In this document: piece after piece, positions 19,837 through 29,850 of the stretch
Position numbering within the stretch: position 1 is the stretch's first letter
How the letters are laid out: every line of letters begins with the position of its first letter
NCBI RefSeq assembly: GCF_000328665.1
Contig: NC_019977.1
Span: 434,001 to 498,000, forward strand
Reading direction: 5' to 3'
DNA: 64,000 bases
DNA from: Methanomethylovorans hollandica DSM 15978
Lineage (GTDB): Archaea; Halobacteriota; Methanosarcinia; Methanosarcinales; Methanosarcinaceae
Notes under the pieces: generated by a model
What the model saw: the letters and a program-made list of their open reading frames with translations, nothing else
The model's database searches: none
Told to the model about the DNA's origin: nothing
Position numbers and translations under genes: made by a program

Positions 19837-21150
19837 TCAACTGTGCTTATATTCCCTGCACATGTTCACAAATGCCTTTACGGGAAAGCTAACCGGATGA
19901 GCATGCTGGTAACATGCCAGAGAATTGTGCTCCACAATGCCATCCCATCCGTCTTTAATCCCTTTGCCGCGTTTCATCTCAAATGTAAGCCGGGCATCAT
20001 TGTCGCAAAACGTGGTGGAATAATGGAACTCATGTCCGCGCACTGGTCCTTTTATGAACGGTCCGTGTGCATAACCTTCTGTATATCCCAATGCCTGAAG
20101 CTTCTTGGTTAGCACTGTACGTGCCGGGAAAAGATCTGCCATTCTGTATGTGACATCATCTATCTCATATGAGGTGGAAAGATACTGCAATCCTCCGCAT
20201 TCCCCGTATATGGGCATACCATCTGCTGAAAGGTCCTTTAAGGCTTTTGTAGTTGCAGAAGCTTCAAGTTCGCACGGATACAGTTCAGGATAACCTCCTC
20301 CAAAATACATGCCGTCCACATCCGGTAATTCTCCTGCCATGGGGCTGAAGAATACAACTTCTGCACCTTTTCGCCTGAATTCATCGAACATGTCAGCATA
20401 ATAGAAGCAGAATGCCTTATCCATTGCCACTCCTATTTTCAGATCTGCCTCAGGCATTTCTTTTTCCTCGTAGACATCCGCATTAGGTTCCCTGGCCAGC
20501 CCTATAATGGTATCCAGATCAACATTCTCTTCTATGAACCCTGCAAGTTCACTGGTATCAAACTCACATTCAAAGGCCATGTGCAATCCCAGGTGCCTTG
20601 AAGGTACGCTTATATCCTTGTTACGTGGCAGTGCTCCCACAATGGGTATGTCAGGAATACAATCCCGGATCATTTTTGCATGTCTTGGACTTCCTACCTT
20701 GTTGAGGATCACGCCTGCGACTTCCACGCCCGGATCAAACTCAGAATAACCTTTGACAATAGCTGCGGCACTACGTGACATTCCATGGACATTGACTACG
20801 AGGATCACGGGCACATCAAGGGATTTAGCTACATGTGCAGAACTGGCAACCTCGGTGGAATCCATGCCGTCAAAAAGCCCCATCACACCTTCGATCACCG
20901 ATATATCTGAACCGCCGGAAGTACGGGCAACTTCTTTTTTCACACCTTCCACTTCCATCATGAACGTATCCAGGTTACGGGATGCTCTTTTACAGATAGC
21001 TGTATGGTACGAAGGGTCGATGTAGTCCGGACCGACCTTATAGGGCTGGACCTGCATGCCTCTTTTGACCAGTGCAGCCATCAGGCCCATAGAGGCTGTA
21101 GTTTTTCCGACACCGCTGTTAGTTCCCGCTATCAGTACCGCTTTTGTCAT
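19837..21150 (-). CDS. cbiA: Cobyrinate a,c-diamide synthase (CbiA/CfbB family)
   Basis: SGVGKT, KVGPDYIDP, EGVMGLFDG, SRHLGL, GGGYPE, GECGG, GHEFHYS. The F430 paralog CfbB is not excluded. Confidence 0.82.
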   Translation of the reverse strand: MTKAVLIAGTNSGVGKTTASMGLMAALVKRGMQVQPYKVGPDYIDPSYHTAICKRASRNLDTFMMEVEGVKKEVARTSGGSDISVIEGVMGLFDGMDSTEVASSAHVAKSLDVPVILVVNVHGMSRSAAAIVKGYSEFDPGVEVAGVILNKVGSPRHAKMIRDCIPDIPIVGALPRNKDISVPSRHLGLHMAFECEFDTSELAGFIEENVDLDTIIGLAREPNADVYEEKEMPEADLKIGVAMDKAFCFYYADMFDEFRRKGAEVVFFSPMAGELPDVDGMYFGGGYPELYPCELEASATTKALKDLSADGMPIYGECGGLQYLSTSYEIDDVTYRMADLFPARTVLTKKLQALGYTEGYAHGPFIKGPVRGHEFHYSTTFCDNDARLTFEMKRGKGIKDGWDGIVEHNSLACYQHAHPVSFPVKAFVNMCREYKHS

Positions 21151-21233
21151 GAGTTTTACTGTGTGTGTAACGTATATATATCATTATGTCCGTTTAAACC
21201 GCTCAAAGGCTTTTAAAAAGGATCTCTGCATTT

Positions 21234-22148
21234 ATGAACGCTCCACACAAAATGGATTTCCTCACGGATGCTTATGGCCGTACCATAAAGAGCCTGAGGA
21301 TGTCTGTTACTGACCGATGCAATCTGAATTGTATCTATTGCCATAACGAAGGTAGTAAAGGTAATACAGGAGAGATGTCAGTGGAGACTATTTCCAGTAT
21401 AGTACACGTTGCTGCGGATTTTGGGATCAGCCGGCTCAAGATATCGGGTGGAGAGCCACTGTTGCGTAAAGATCTGGAAGATATACTCCTTGCATTGCCT
21501 CCTCTTAAGGATGTGTCCCTGACGACCAATGGTGTGCTGCTTCGGGAACGTGCACGCTCTCTAAAGGATGCGGGCCTTAACAGAGTGAATATAAGCCTTG
21601 ATTCGCTGGATGAAGGGAAATATAAGCATATAACCAAATGTAAGGATGGTACCTTCGGGAAGGTTATAGAAGGCATTCATGCTGCAGTTGATGCCGGCCT
21701 CACCCCGGTAAAACTGAACATGGTCCTGCTTAAAGATGTCAATGAATCTGAAGTCGAGGGCATGCTTTCCTTTGCAAGGCAGTTCCACGGGGGTGTGATA
21801 CTGCAGCTTATCCAGCTTATGGATTTCGGAGATGTCGCTTCTTATCATGCAGATGTTGATGAAGTAGAAAAGGAACTTGAGCTTAAGGCGGGTTGTGTCC
21901 AGGTCAGAGAGTTACATCACAGGAAAAAATATATCATCGATGGTGCTGAAGTTGAATTCGTCAAACCTGTAGATAATACCGAGTTCTGTGCCAATTGCAA
22001 CAGGCTGCGTGTAACGGCAGATGGCAAGCTTCGTGCTTGCCTGCTTGTAAATGATGGTCTTGTAGATGTTTCTCATGCTTCTGTGGAAGAAATGTCCGAT
22101 CTTTTCAGGCTTGCTGTAAGCAGAAGGGTTCCATTTTACAGGAAATAA
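21234..22148 (+). CDS. moaA: GTP 3',8-cyclase (molybdopterin biosynthesis)
   Basis: Radical SAM CNLNCIYC, GGEPLLR, TTNG, C-terminal FCANCNRLR...C. Confidence 0.93.
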   Translation: MNAPHKMDFLTDAYGRTIKSLRMSVTDRCNLNCIYCHNEGSKGNTGEMSVETISSIVHVAADFGISRLKISGGEPLLRKDLEDILLALPPLKDVSLTTNGVLLRERARSLKDAGLNRVNISLDSLDEGKYKHITKCKDGTFGKVIEGIHAAVDAGLTPVKLNMVLLKDVNESEVEGMLSFARQFHGGVILQLIQLMDFGDVASYHADVDEVEKELELKAGCVQVRELHHRKKYIIDGAEVEFVKPVDNTEFCANCNRLRVTADGKLRACLLVNDGLVDVSHASVEEMSDLFRLAVSRRVPFYRK

Positions 22149-22161
22149 AGGAGATCTGAGC

Positions 22162-22311
22162 ATGGAAGTGAAATTAACAGTTGATGGAAAGGATATAGAG
22201 ATTAATAGCTTTGTACAGAAGATCCTTGCAGGTGCCGTGACCGGTGCAGTAGGCACATTGAAAGGTGTGGACGAAGATTATGAGGAGATATTACTGAAAA
22301 TAAAAAGATAA
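22162..22311 (+). CDS. 49-aa small protein resembling the C-terminal extension of MobB proteins
   Basis: Manual translation MEVKLTVDGKDIEINSFVQKILAGAVTGAVGTLKGVDEDYEEILLKIKR. Preceded by AAGGAG, 13 nt after the moaA stop. Below the ORF-track cut-off. Confidence 0.75.
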   Translation: MEVKLTVDGKDIEINSFVQKILAGAVTGAVGTLKGVDEDYEEILLKIKR

Positions 22312-22317
22312 CTCTGC

Positions 22318-23103
22318 TTACAGCAGATGTTCTATTTCTGAAAAGTCAATGGGTGAAGTGGAATCCAGGGATATGGGAGTTACAGAAACATGTCCTTTCT
22401 GTGAAACGGCATGTACATCGGTACCTTTTTCCTCTTCCATTATCAGATCTCCTGCTATCCAATAATAGGGCTTGCCTCTTGGATCATGCCTTTCTTCCAC
22501 AGCTGTTCTGAATACCTTTCTGGCAAGTCGTGTAATCTCTATTTCAGTATCTTCTTCTACCCGATGGGGTATATTTACATTTAACAGATCCACATGCTCG
22601 GGTAGTCCAAATTTGATCACATTTTTTGCTATTCGGTTCACGATCTTTATCGCGACTTCAAAATCGTGGTCATATTCCCAGTTATCATCGAACTTATCCT
22701 TTTCTTCCTTTGCCTGTATCGAAGCAGCAATGGCGGGAATCCCGTAACTAGCCCCTTCCAGGGCAGCTCCTATGGTTCCAGATGTTGTGATAGTATCAGT
22801 GCTGATGTTCTCTCCGATATTGAACCCTGATAAGATAAGATCAGGCATCTCTTTCATCACAGCGAATATTCCAAGTATTACTGAATCTGTCGGGGTACCG
22901 CCGACAGCATACACGTTCATATCATTGATTTTTGCCTGGTTTATCCTTAAAGGTTCAAATATAGATATTGACCTTCCCACGCCACTCTGCTGCATGGACG
23001 GAGCACAGACTATTACTTCTCCTATATCCTGCACACTCTGGTAAGCTGCCCGGATACCTGCTGAGTAGACGCCATCATCATTTGTAAGTAATATCTTTGG
23101 CAT
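22318..23103 (-). CDS. surE: 5'/3'-nucleotidase SurE
   Basis: ILLTNDDG, QSGVG, GTPTD, SGFNIGEN, SGTIGAA, LNVNIP, SVTP. Confidence 0.95.
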   Translation of the reverse strand: MPKILLTNDDGVYSAGIRAAYQSVQDIGEVIVCAPSMQQSGVGRSISIFEPLRINQAKINDMNVYAVGGTPTDSVILGIFAVMKEMPDLILSGFNIGENISTDTITTSGTIGAALEGASYGIPAIAASIQAKEEKDKFDDNWEYDHDFEVAIKIVNRIAKNVIKFGLPEHVDLLNVNIPHRVEEDTEIEITRLARKVFRTAVEERHDPRGKPYYWIAGDLIMEEEKGTDVHAVSQKGHVSVTPISLDSTSPIDFSEIEHLL

Positions 23104-23193
23104 AGGTTCATCTTTGTCATACCTTGCCTTAAAACTAATCCATGGAACCTCTTCAAAAAAGTTGGATGTGTGGGGAAGTGGTCAGGTGTGTTT

Positions 23194-23667
23194 TCACACA
23201 TTTGCATACATTTTTCTATGGCCCCTTTCATGTTCCTGGTTCTCTTCCTTATCCTGTATCTGGGCCATCATCTTTACTTCTTCAAGGACTTCTATCTCAT
23301 CGCGCATTTCTTCCAGCCTGTCGATGATGGCTTCAATTTCCTGGTTTTGTTCAGCAGGGATCTTAGGATTATTACTTATTACCTCCAGCAGCAGCGAGGC
23401 ATCATCAAGTACTTGGGCGATAATGGTCCTGTCCATGTATTCTTTTGCTTTCCTGTTCTCCCCGTATGTCAGGCTGCTATTAAAATCGCAAAGTTGTTCT
23501 TCAAAAAGTCCAATGTCATAATGTGCAGATTTGAACAGCTTTTTTACGTAGTCCTCTCGATAAACCTGTTTGGCGTTTTTCAGGACACGACTAAATTTTC
23601 TGTAATCCATTTTTTCACATCGGAGATCAAAAGTCACTTTCAGTGGCATGTAAGTACCATTAATCAA
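23194..23667 (-). CDS. Hypothetical helical/coiled-coil protein
   Basis: 157-aa ORF with a charged, helical composition. Start uncertain (possibly MDYRKFS). Confidence 0.55.
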   Translation of the reverse strand: MINGTYMPLKVTFDLRCEKMDYRKFSRVLKNAKQVYREDYVKKLFKSAHYDIGLFEEQLCDFNSSLTYGENRKAKEYMDRTIIAQVLDDASLLLEVISNNPKIPAEQNQEIEAIIDRLEEMRDEIEVLEEVKMMAQIQDKEENQEHERGHRKMYANV

Positions 23668-23714
23668 TGCAACTTATTCATGCAACCAATTTTGAAATCA
23701 TTTAAAAGTAAAAT

Positions 23715-23990
23715 TTATTCAGGCCAGTCTTCTTCCATTAAGTTCTTGGTTCTCATAGGCTCTATGCTTTTTGGTGTGCATACTGTTTCAACGAACTGTC
23801 CTCCATTGACCTGATAGGAAAAGTCCACTTCAGAACCATAATTCTCTTCTTCATCCGGAATTATGCAGTCACACAGGTAGATATGTAAACTTCCGTCACC
23901 ATCCATAAATACGGAGGGTCTTACGCCGGCATTGTCATATTCTTCAACTATTCCTCTAAAAACCAGTGACATGTATCTCTTCGCTTCCAT
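23715..23990 (-). CDS. Hypothetical small acidic protein
   Basis: 91-aa ORF, acidic, on the same strand as its neighbour. Confidence 0.55.
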   Translation of the reverse strand: MEAKRYMSLVFRGIVEEYDNAGVRPSVFMDGDGSLHIYLCDCIIPDEEENYGSEVDFSYQVNGGQFVETVCTPKSIEPMRTKNLMEEDWPE

Positions 23991-24237
23991 CGGCCATCAC
24001 TACACTGAGATAAACGTGTTCACGCATTTAAGTATAATGGCCTTATTTTACATTTTATGTCCATGATTCTCTCTTTTATGTTCAAAAACACTCTTATGGT
24101 CACTATTTTTGCAATGATCCAACTTGTTTCACATACAATTTTTCATTCCTGCATATGGATGTCCATAAGAAACGTTTTTAAGCCTTGAAAGATAGGTGAT
24201 AAGGTAAAAACGTGTTTCAATTATCGATGGTATTATT

Positions 24238-27012
24238 ATGCTTGAAGATGAATATCAGCTTGATTTTTTCAAGGATAACGGTTTTGTCAGGAAACAGTGT
24301 CCAAAGTGTGACAAGTTCTTCTGGACCCGGGACCTTGAAAGGGCTACATGTGGTGATGCACCCTGTGATCCCTATTCTTTCATAGGCAATCCTGTGTTCA
24401 AAAAGAGTTTCGATCTCGCAGAAATGAGGGAATATTACCTCAAATTCTTCGAGGAAAGGGGTCATGCCAGGATGGCCAGATATCCTGTAGTGGCTCGCTG
24501 GAGAGATGACATATATCTTACCATAGCATCCATTGCTGATTTCCAGCCATTTGTCACATCCGGTGAGGTTGCTCCCCCACATAATCCTCTTACTATATCT
24601 CAGCCATGCATCAGGTTGTCTGATCTGGATGCTGTAGGCAGGAGCGGCCGCCATCTTACAACCTTCGAGATGATGGCTCATCATGCATTCAACAAGCCGA
24701 ATGCTGAGATCTATTGGAAAGACAGGACAGTGGGACTTTGTGATGAACTGTTAAATTCTCTGGGAGTGGATCCCATGGCGGTCACATACAAGGAAGAACC
24801 ATGGGCAGGAGGAGGAAATGCTGGGCCATGTGTTGAAACTCTGGTTGGAGGCCTGGAAGTTGCCACCCTTGTGTTCATGAACTTGGAACAGGTAAAAGAC
24901 GGTCCCATCGAAATAAAAGGTGAGATGTACCACAAGATGGATAATTATATTGTAGACACGGGTTATGGTCTCGAGCGCTTTGTATGGGCTTCTAAAGGTT
25001 CTCCCACTATTTACGATGCGATATTCCCCAATATAGTTAAAGAGCTTATGGATCTTGCTGGTATAGAACATGAGCTGGAGGACCCCGAATATGCGAATAT
25101 TCTTTCTCAGAACGCCAGGCTTGCAGGGCTCATGGATGTGAGCGAAAAGGCAAACCTGATGGAACTGCGAAGGCAAGTGGCTTCCAGTATAGGGACTACA
25201 GCTGAAAAGCTTTCATCAATAATAGAACCCGTGGAATCGGTATATGCTATCACTGACCACAGCAGATGCCTTACTTTTATGCTTGGAGATGGCATAATCC
25301 CTTCCAATGTAAAGGCAGGATATCTGGCGAGGCTGGTGCTCAGAAGAACACTCCGTATGATGAAGGATCTCAATATTTCGATCCCTCTCAGTGAGATCGT
25401 ACAAATGCATATCAAGAACCTGCCGGAGTACCCGGAATTCGCAGAAAGGTTCGAAGTGATTGAAGATATTCTCCATCATGAAGAGATAAAGTTCCAGGAA
25501 ACACTGGAACGCGGCAGGAGGATGATCAGTAAATCTGCCAAGCATTACAAGCAGGCAGGGGAAAAGATGCCTCTTGAGAAGATCATCGAGATGTATGATA
25601 CCCATGGCATCCCACCTGAAATCTCGAAAGATGCTGCTGCTGAGGAAGGGGTACAAGTCGATCTCCCGGATAATTTCTATTCCCTGGTAGCAGAAAGGCA
25701 TAGCAAAGCAGAGGAAAAAGAAGAAAAGGTATTCCCTTATGCAGACCGTATATCCCGTCTGCCCCCTACCCGGAAATTATTCTATGATGAGCCTAACAGG
25801 ATGGATTTCGAGGCTGTAGTGCTTGATCTATTCGATAATTACATTGTTTGTGACAGCACTCTTTTCTACCCGGAGGGCGGTGGGCAGCCTGCAGACCATG
25901 GCACCTTTGCCATTGAAGATGTGCTGCTTGATGTAGTGGATGTGCAGGTGGTAAAAGGTGTGGTAGTGCATCGGATAGATGCTATGGACAAAGAACTGCA
26001 TTTACGCAAGGGCGATATTGTAACGGGCAGAGTGAATAAAGAACGTCGCATGGCACATGCATCCCATCACACGGCTACTCATATTGTCAATGATGCGGCC
26101 AGGAAGGTACTTGGTGAGCACATATGGCAGGCAGGTGCTCAGAAGACGGAAACCAGGGCTCGCCTTGATATCACTCATTACAAGCGTATCACAAAGGAGC
26201 AGCTTAATCAGATCGAGCTTTTGGCCAATCAGACAGTAATGGATAACCAGAGAGTTACTGCCGAATGGATGGAACGAAATCAGGCTGAACAGAAATATGG
26301 TTTTGGCCTTTATCAGGGAGGTGTTCCCAAAGGGAATATGATCCGTGTGCTGAAAGTAGCAGATGACATAGAAGCATGTGCCGGAACCCATTGTAGTAGC
26401 ACCGGTCTTGTAGGGCCCATTAAGATCCTGAAGACAGAACGCATCCAGGATGGTGTGGAGCGTATCGAGTATGCTGCCGGCATGGCAGCTGTCAGGGCCA
26501 TACAGGAAGCAGACTACTATCTGACCACTGCCTCTGAGGCATTACGAGTACTTCCGGAACAGCTTCCTGTAACCATCGACCGCTTTTTCAATGAATGGAA
26601 AGAGTTCAAGAAAGAGAATATAAGGCTAAAAGAGGATATGGCCCAGTTGCGTGTGGCAAGGATGCTTATTCAGGCCCTCGATCTGGGAGGTGTGAGGCTA
26701 ATTGCACAGAATGTGGATCATGCCGATACCGATGAACTGGTCAAGATTGCCGGTGAGCTAACTCAGGAAGATGACGTTATAGCTCTCCTTATCAGTGATC
26801 TTGAGGGCGTGAAGATAGTTGCTGCTGCAGGTAAAAAAGCGATTGCAACGGGTGCAGATGCAGGAAAGGTCGTACGTGAAATGTCTCGGATAGTAGGAGG
26901 CGGTGGCGGAGGGAGGCCGGACATGGCTCGTGGTGGCGGTGTTGATTCCTCAAAAGCTGCAGAGGCCATGGAAAAAGGTATCTCCATGGTCAAAGCTTCT
27001 CTTAATGTTTAA
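24238..27012 (+). CDS. alaS: Alanine--tRNA ligase
   Basis: ASIADFQP, QPCIR, HLTTFEM, DTGYGLER, editing HTATH and CAGTH, C-terminal GGGGGRPDMARGGG. Confidence 0.97.
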   Translation: MLEDEYQLDFFKDNGFVRKQCPKCDKFFWTRDLERATCGDAPCDPYSFIGNPVFKKSFDLAEMREYYLKFFEERGHARMARYPVVARWRDDIYLTIASIADFQPFVTSGEVAPPHNPLTISQPCIRLSDLDAVGRSGRHLTTFEMMAHHAFNKPNAEIYWKDRTVGLCDELLNSLGVDPMAVTYKEEPWAGGGNAGPCVETLVGGLEVATLVFMNLEQVKDGPIEIKGEMYHKMDNYIVDTGYGLERFVWASKGSPTIYDAIFPNIVKELMDLAGIEHELEDPEYANILSQNARLAGLMDVSEKANLMELRRQVASSIGTTAEKLSSIIEPVESVYAITDHSRCLTFMLGDGIIPSNVKAGYLARLVLRRTLRMMKDLNISIPLSEIVQMHIKNLPEYPEFAERFEVIEDILHHEEIKFQETLERGRRMISKSAKHYKQAGEKMPLEKIIEMYDTHGIPPEISKDAAAEEGVQVDLPDNFYSLVAERHSKAEEKEEKVFPYADRISRLPPTRKLFYDEPNRMDFEAVVLDLFDNYIVCDSTLFYPEGGGQPADHGTFAIEDVLLDVVDVQVVKGVVVHRIDAMDKELHLRKGDIVTGRVNKERRMAHASHHTATHIVNDAARKVLGEHIWQAGAQKTETRARLDITHYKRITKEQLNQIELLANQTVMDNQRVTAEWMERNQAEQKYGFGLYQGGVPKGNMIRVLKVADDIEACAGTHCSSTGLVGPIKILKTERIQDGVERIEYAAGMAAVRAIQEADYYLTTASEALRVLPEQLPVTIDRFFNEWKEFKKENIRLKEDMAQLRVARMLIQALDLGGVRLIAQNVDHADTDELVKIAGELTQEDDVIALLISDLEGVKIVAAAGKKAIATGADAGKVVREMSRIVGGGGGGRPDMARGGGVDSSKAAEAMEKGISMVKASLNV

Positions 27013-27024
27013 CATTGAGTGACA

Positions 27025-27055
27025 AGGTGGTAGAGTTCTCCTATCACCTATTTTT
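27025..27055 (+). terminator. Hairpin plus T-tract after alaS
   Basis: AGGTGGTAG-agttctc-CTATCACCT (one G-U pair) followed by TTTTT. Confidence 0.5.
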
Positions 27056-27502
27056 ACAGTAACTCGTAGCTATAGTACTATTACAATGTTCTTCTGGAAA
27101 CCCATTTAAAGTGAATAAAAAAGTACTTCCTTTGTTCTTCTCGCATTATATGGGGAAAAGAGAGTGTTCAAATTTCTTCCTATTATTTCCTCTTTCATTA
27201 AACCAGGGCGGGGTAGTTCACTTAGCTCCTCAAATCCTTATTTAAACACTTTTTTCTTTGGAAGGGAGAATATTATTCACTACTTATGGGGTCAGGATAC
27301 GCACTGCATCGCTGATCATATATCTAATGTTGTTTTGCCCGACATCCCAGCATTCACTGGAAAGCATACTTTGTATTATATTTATAGTTTATCTTTTCAA
27401 TGATAATTTTAATTTTATTTTTATATTATATGGCTGGGCAGAGTACCAAAGTTTAATATGATAACAAAACAAATAATTATTAATTTATTGTATAAGGTCA
27501 AT

Positions 27503-28561
27503 ATGATGAATGCAGGCGAAACATACGACATAGTTCATGATTTAAGGGCAGGTCTCAGATCAAAAACTGTTCTGTTTCTGGCTCCTGTAGATGTTCCTGT
27601 AGGACGTATTGTTTATTTTTACGTGTCTGATCTGTTACAAAGTGATCCTCAACAAAAAGTTGTCTGGCTTTGCCTGAAAACTCCCTCAAATAAAGTGCTA
27701 AGAATGTTCCAGGAATACAAATACGAAATAGATCCTGCACGTATCATGTTCATTGACCTGCTTCCTGCGGGGACAGAACCACATGATGATATCCTGTATT
27801 TCTCTTCACCCTCTGACCATACCAAGATAGCCTCGCATGTATCACAACTCTTTGATAAGTTCCCAGGCTCTCTTCTAGTGATCGATAGCATGACAGTGTT
27901 AGGCACTGATAACATGCAGGTCGTGGAAAGTTTTATCAATTTCATCAGCACAAAGGTTTCTGAAAAGAACGGTTCTATTACTGCGATATTAGGCAAGGAT
28001 ACTCTCAAAGTTGAATCAGAAGCTCTTATTAAGTCTTTCTTTGAGATAATCGTGGAGCTTACGAACATAGGCGAGATCCATACCGAGATTGGAATGAAAA
28101 CTCTAGATGCACGGTTCCAGGTTGAAGATGGAAAATTATCTTTTGAATATATTCAGAAAAAGTTAAAGAGAGGTCGTCTGAAGATCCTTATTGTGGACGA
28201 TGAACCAGACATATCTGATCTTCTGCGACTGTCACTTTCTAATCAGCCCTATGATTTTGTAGTGGCATATAATGGGCAGCAAGCCATCGAAGCTACATTG
28301 AGGGAGCGTCCTGATCTGATCCTCCTTGATATAATGATGCCGGATATGGACGGATATGAAGTTGTTGAACACTTAAAGCAGAGCGCAACGTCTGCTAATA
28401 TCCCGGTGATAATGATCTCTGCAAAGACCGCCATAGAGGACAAGGTGCGCGGCATGGAATTAGGCATCGATGATTACATTGCCAAACCTTTTGATAAGCG
28501 TGAGGTCAATGCCAGAATTCGGATGGTTATGCGCCGTTTTGGATGGATCGAAGAAGAGTGA
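27503..28561 (+). CDS. Response regulator: degenerate RecA/KaiC-like N-terminal domain plus C-terminal receiver domain
   Basis: Receiver motifs ILIVDDE, LLDIMMP.MDG, ISAK, DYIAKPF. The N-terminal part has a Walker-B-like LLVIDS but no Walker A. Confidence 0.8.
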   Translation: MMNAGETYDIVHDLRAGLRSKTVLFLAPVDVPVGRIVYFYVSDLLQSDPQQKVVWLCLKTPSNKVLRMFQEYKYEIDPARIMFIDLLPAGTEPHDDILYFSSPSDHTKIASHVSQLFDKFPGSLLVIDSMTVLGTDNMQVVESFINFISTKVSEKNGSITAILGKDTLKVESEALIKSFFEIIVELTNIGEIHTEIGMKTLDARFQVEDGKLSFEYIQKKLKRGRLKILIVDDEPDISDLLRLSLSNQPYDFVVAYNGQQAIEATLRERPDLILLDIMMPDMDGYEVVEHLKQSATSANIPVIMISAKTAIEDKVRGMELGIDDYIAKPFDKREVNARIRMVMRRFGWIEEE

Positions 28562-28649
28562 CCAAGGGCTGGATGACAAGCACTGATCCAAAGGTATGGT
28601 TTCTGGCAAGAACACGTGTCCTTTACCTCAAGCCAATAAGTAAGATATG

Positions 28650-29738
28650 TCAGATCTTCTCGCAGATGTACGCTATGCTTTCTCTTGCAAAGAGATTTAT
28701 TTTCTTTTCCCCATTAAGGTTCTTTTCCAGCCTGTTACGAATGTCCCAATACATAGCTGGATCTACTTCGGTCCTGAGTAATACTTTACCATATCCTCGC
28801 TTTTTAAGTTCCCTATTTATAGCTTCAGGGACGAACTCTGTATTGAACACTATTCTATAGGTATTCTTTATCAGGGGATGGTCCATGACAGTATTTGAGG
28901 TCAGCATCAACCGTTTGTTATCTATTCGGAATATTTCGGCTTTATCCTTCAACTCTTTTATAAGTTCAGGAAGTAATTTCGCTTTTATCACAGCTGGGTC
29001 TGGTTCATACAGGTAATTTCCAGGTTTGCTTACATTGATCATCTCTGTCTCTTCAGGAGGTTCTGTTTTCCTGCACATTTTTGTAGGTCCCGGCAAGCCA
29101 AGTGCAGATATGGTACAAGTTTTGAGATCTCCGAAATACAGATTCAATCGATTAAGTTCTCCGTCCAGGGACAGGTATTCGAGTTCACAGTCAAAGGATA
29201 TTCTTTCTGGGGGTAACTGCGGAGGTGCCTCAAAAGCAAAGTTTCTTGTATTTCCTGAATATGCTGCCAGTACATCAGGTATGTGAGGAGTCAGATTATC
29301 TATGTCACGCTCCTTCTCTGCCGCGGCTCTTGCGGGGTCGGAGAATACAATATCCACTGCGGGTATCTGTTCTATTACATCATCTGAGAGCGCATCCCCA
29401 CAAATGAATTCTACATTGTTCAGTCCAAAAAGCTTGCAGTTCTTTCTGGCAAGCTCAAGTTTAGCAGGATCAATTTCAATGGCGTAGACTCTTTCGCATT
29501 CTCTTGCAAAATATACTGTTTGCCCTCCTATGCCACAACTAATATCCGCAAGGCTGGAACACTTGAGCCTTTTTGCTCTATATGCGGCTACTGGCCATGG
29601 TGTTGCAAAACGCAAACCATCGTCATCAGAATATAACTGCTTTTCAAAATTCTTTCTTCTTGTCACCAGGATCAAATCACTAAATGCATCAATACATTTA
29701 AACCGATCCGTCTGAAAATCAATGAAAATGAAAAGCAC
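28650..29738 (-). CDS. Class I SAM-dependent methyltransferase (probably acting on RNA)
   Basis: DISCGIGG motif I, AIEID, ICGDA, FSDPAR; C-terminal YLYEPDPAVIKA region. Start uncertain. Confidence 0.8.
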   Translation of the reverse strand: MLFIFIDFQTDRFKCIDAFSDLILVTRRKNFEKQLYSDDDGLRFATPWPVAAYRAKRLKCSSLADISCGIGGQTVYFARECERVYAIEIDPAKLELARKNCKLFGLNNVEFICGDALSDDVIEQIPAVDIVFSDPARAAAEKERDIDNLTPHIPDVLAAYSGNTRNFAFEAPPQLPPERISFDCELEYLSLDGELNRLNLYFGDLKTCTISALGLPGPTKMCRKTEPPEETEMINVSKPGNYLYEPDPAVIKAKLLPELIKELKDKAEIFRIDNKRLMLTSNTVMDHPLIKNTYRIVFNTEFVPEAINRELKKRGYGKVLLRTEVDPAMYWDIRNRLEKNLNGEKKINLFARESIAYICEKI

Positions 29739-29850
29739 TGAAATACAATTTACTTGGAATATAATTATATAATATTAAAAGTATACATCTTTCCACCAGA
29801 GTAGTGTGAATGTTGTACTATGGGATCCACGCAAATACTAAAGGTCTAAG

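Noticed and set aside
23114..23814. 135-aa and 214-aa plus-strand ORFs
   Set aside because: Antisense shadows of the minus-strand ORFs, with Phe/Ser-rich composition typical of non-coding frames.
27164..27502. Short ORFs and the long N-terminal extension of the response regulator
   Set aside because: AT-rich intergenic sequence without RBS support; ATG 27503 is a more plausible start.
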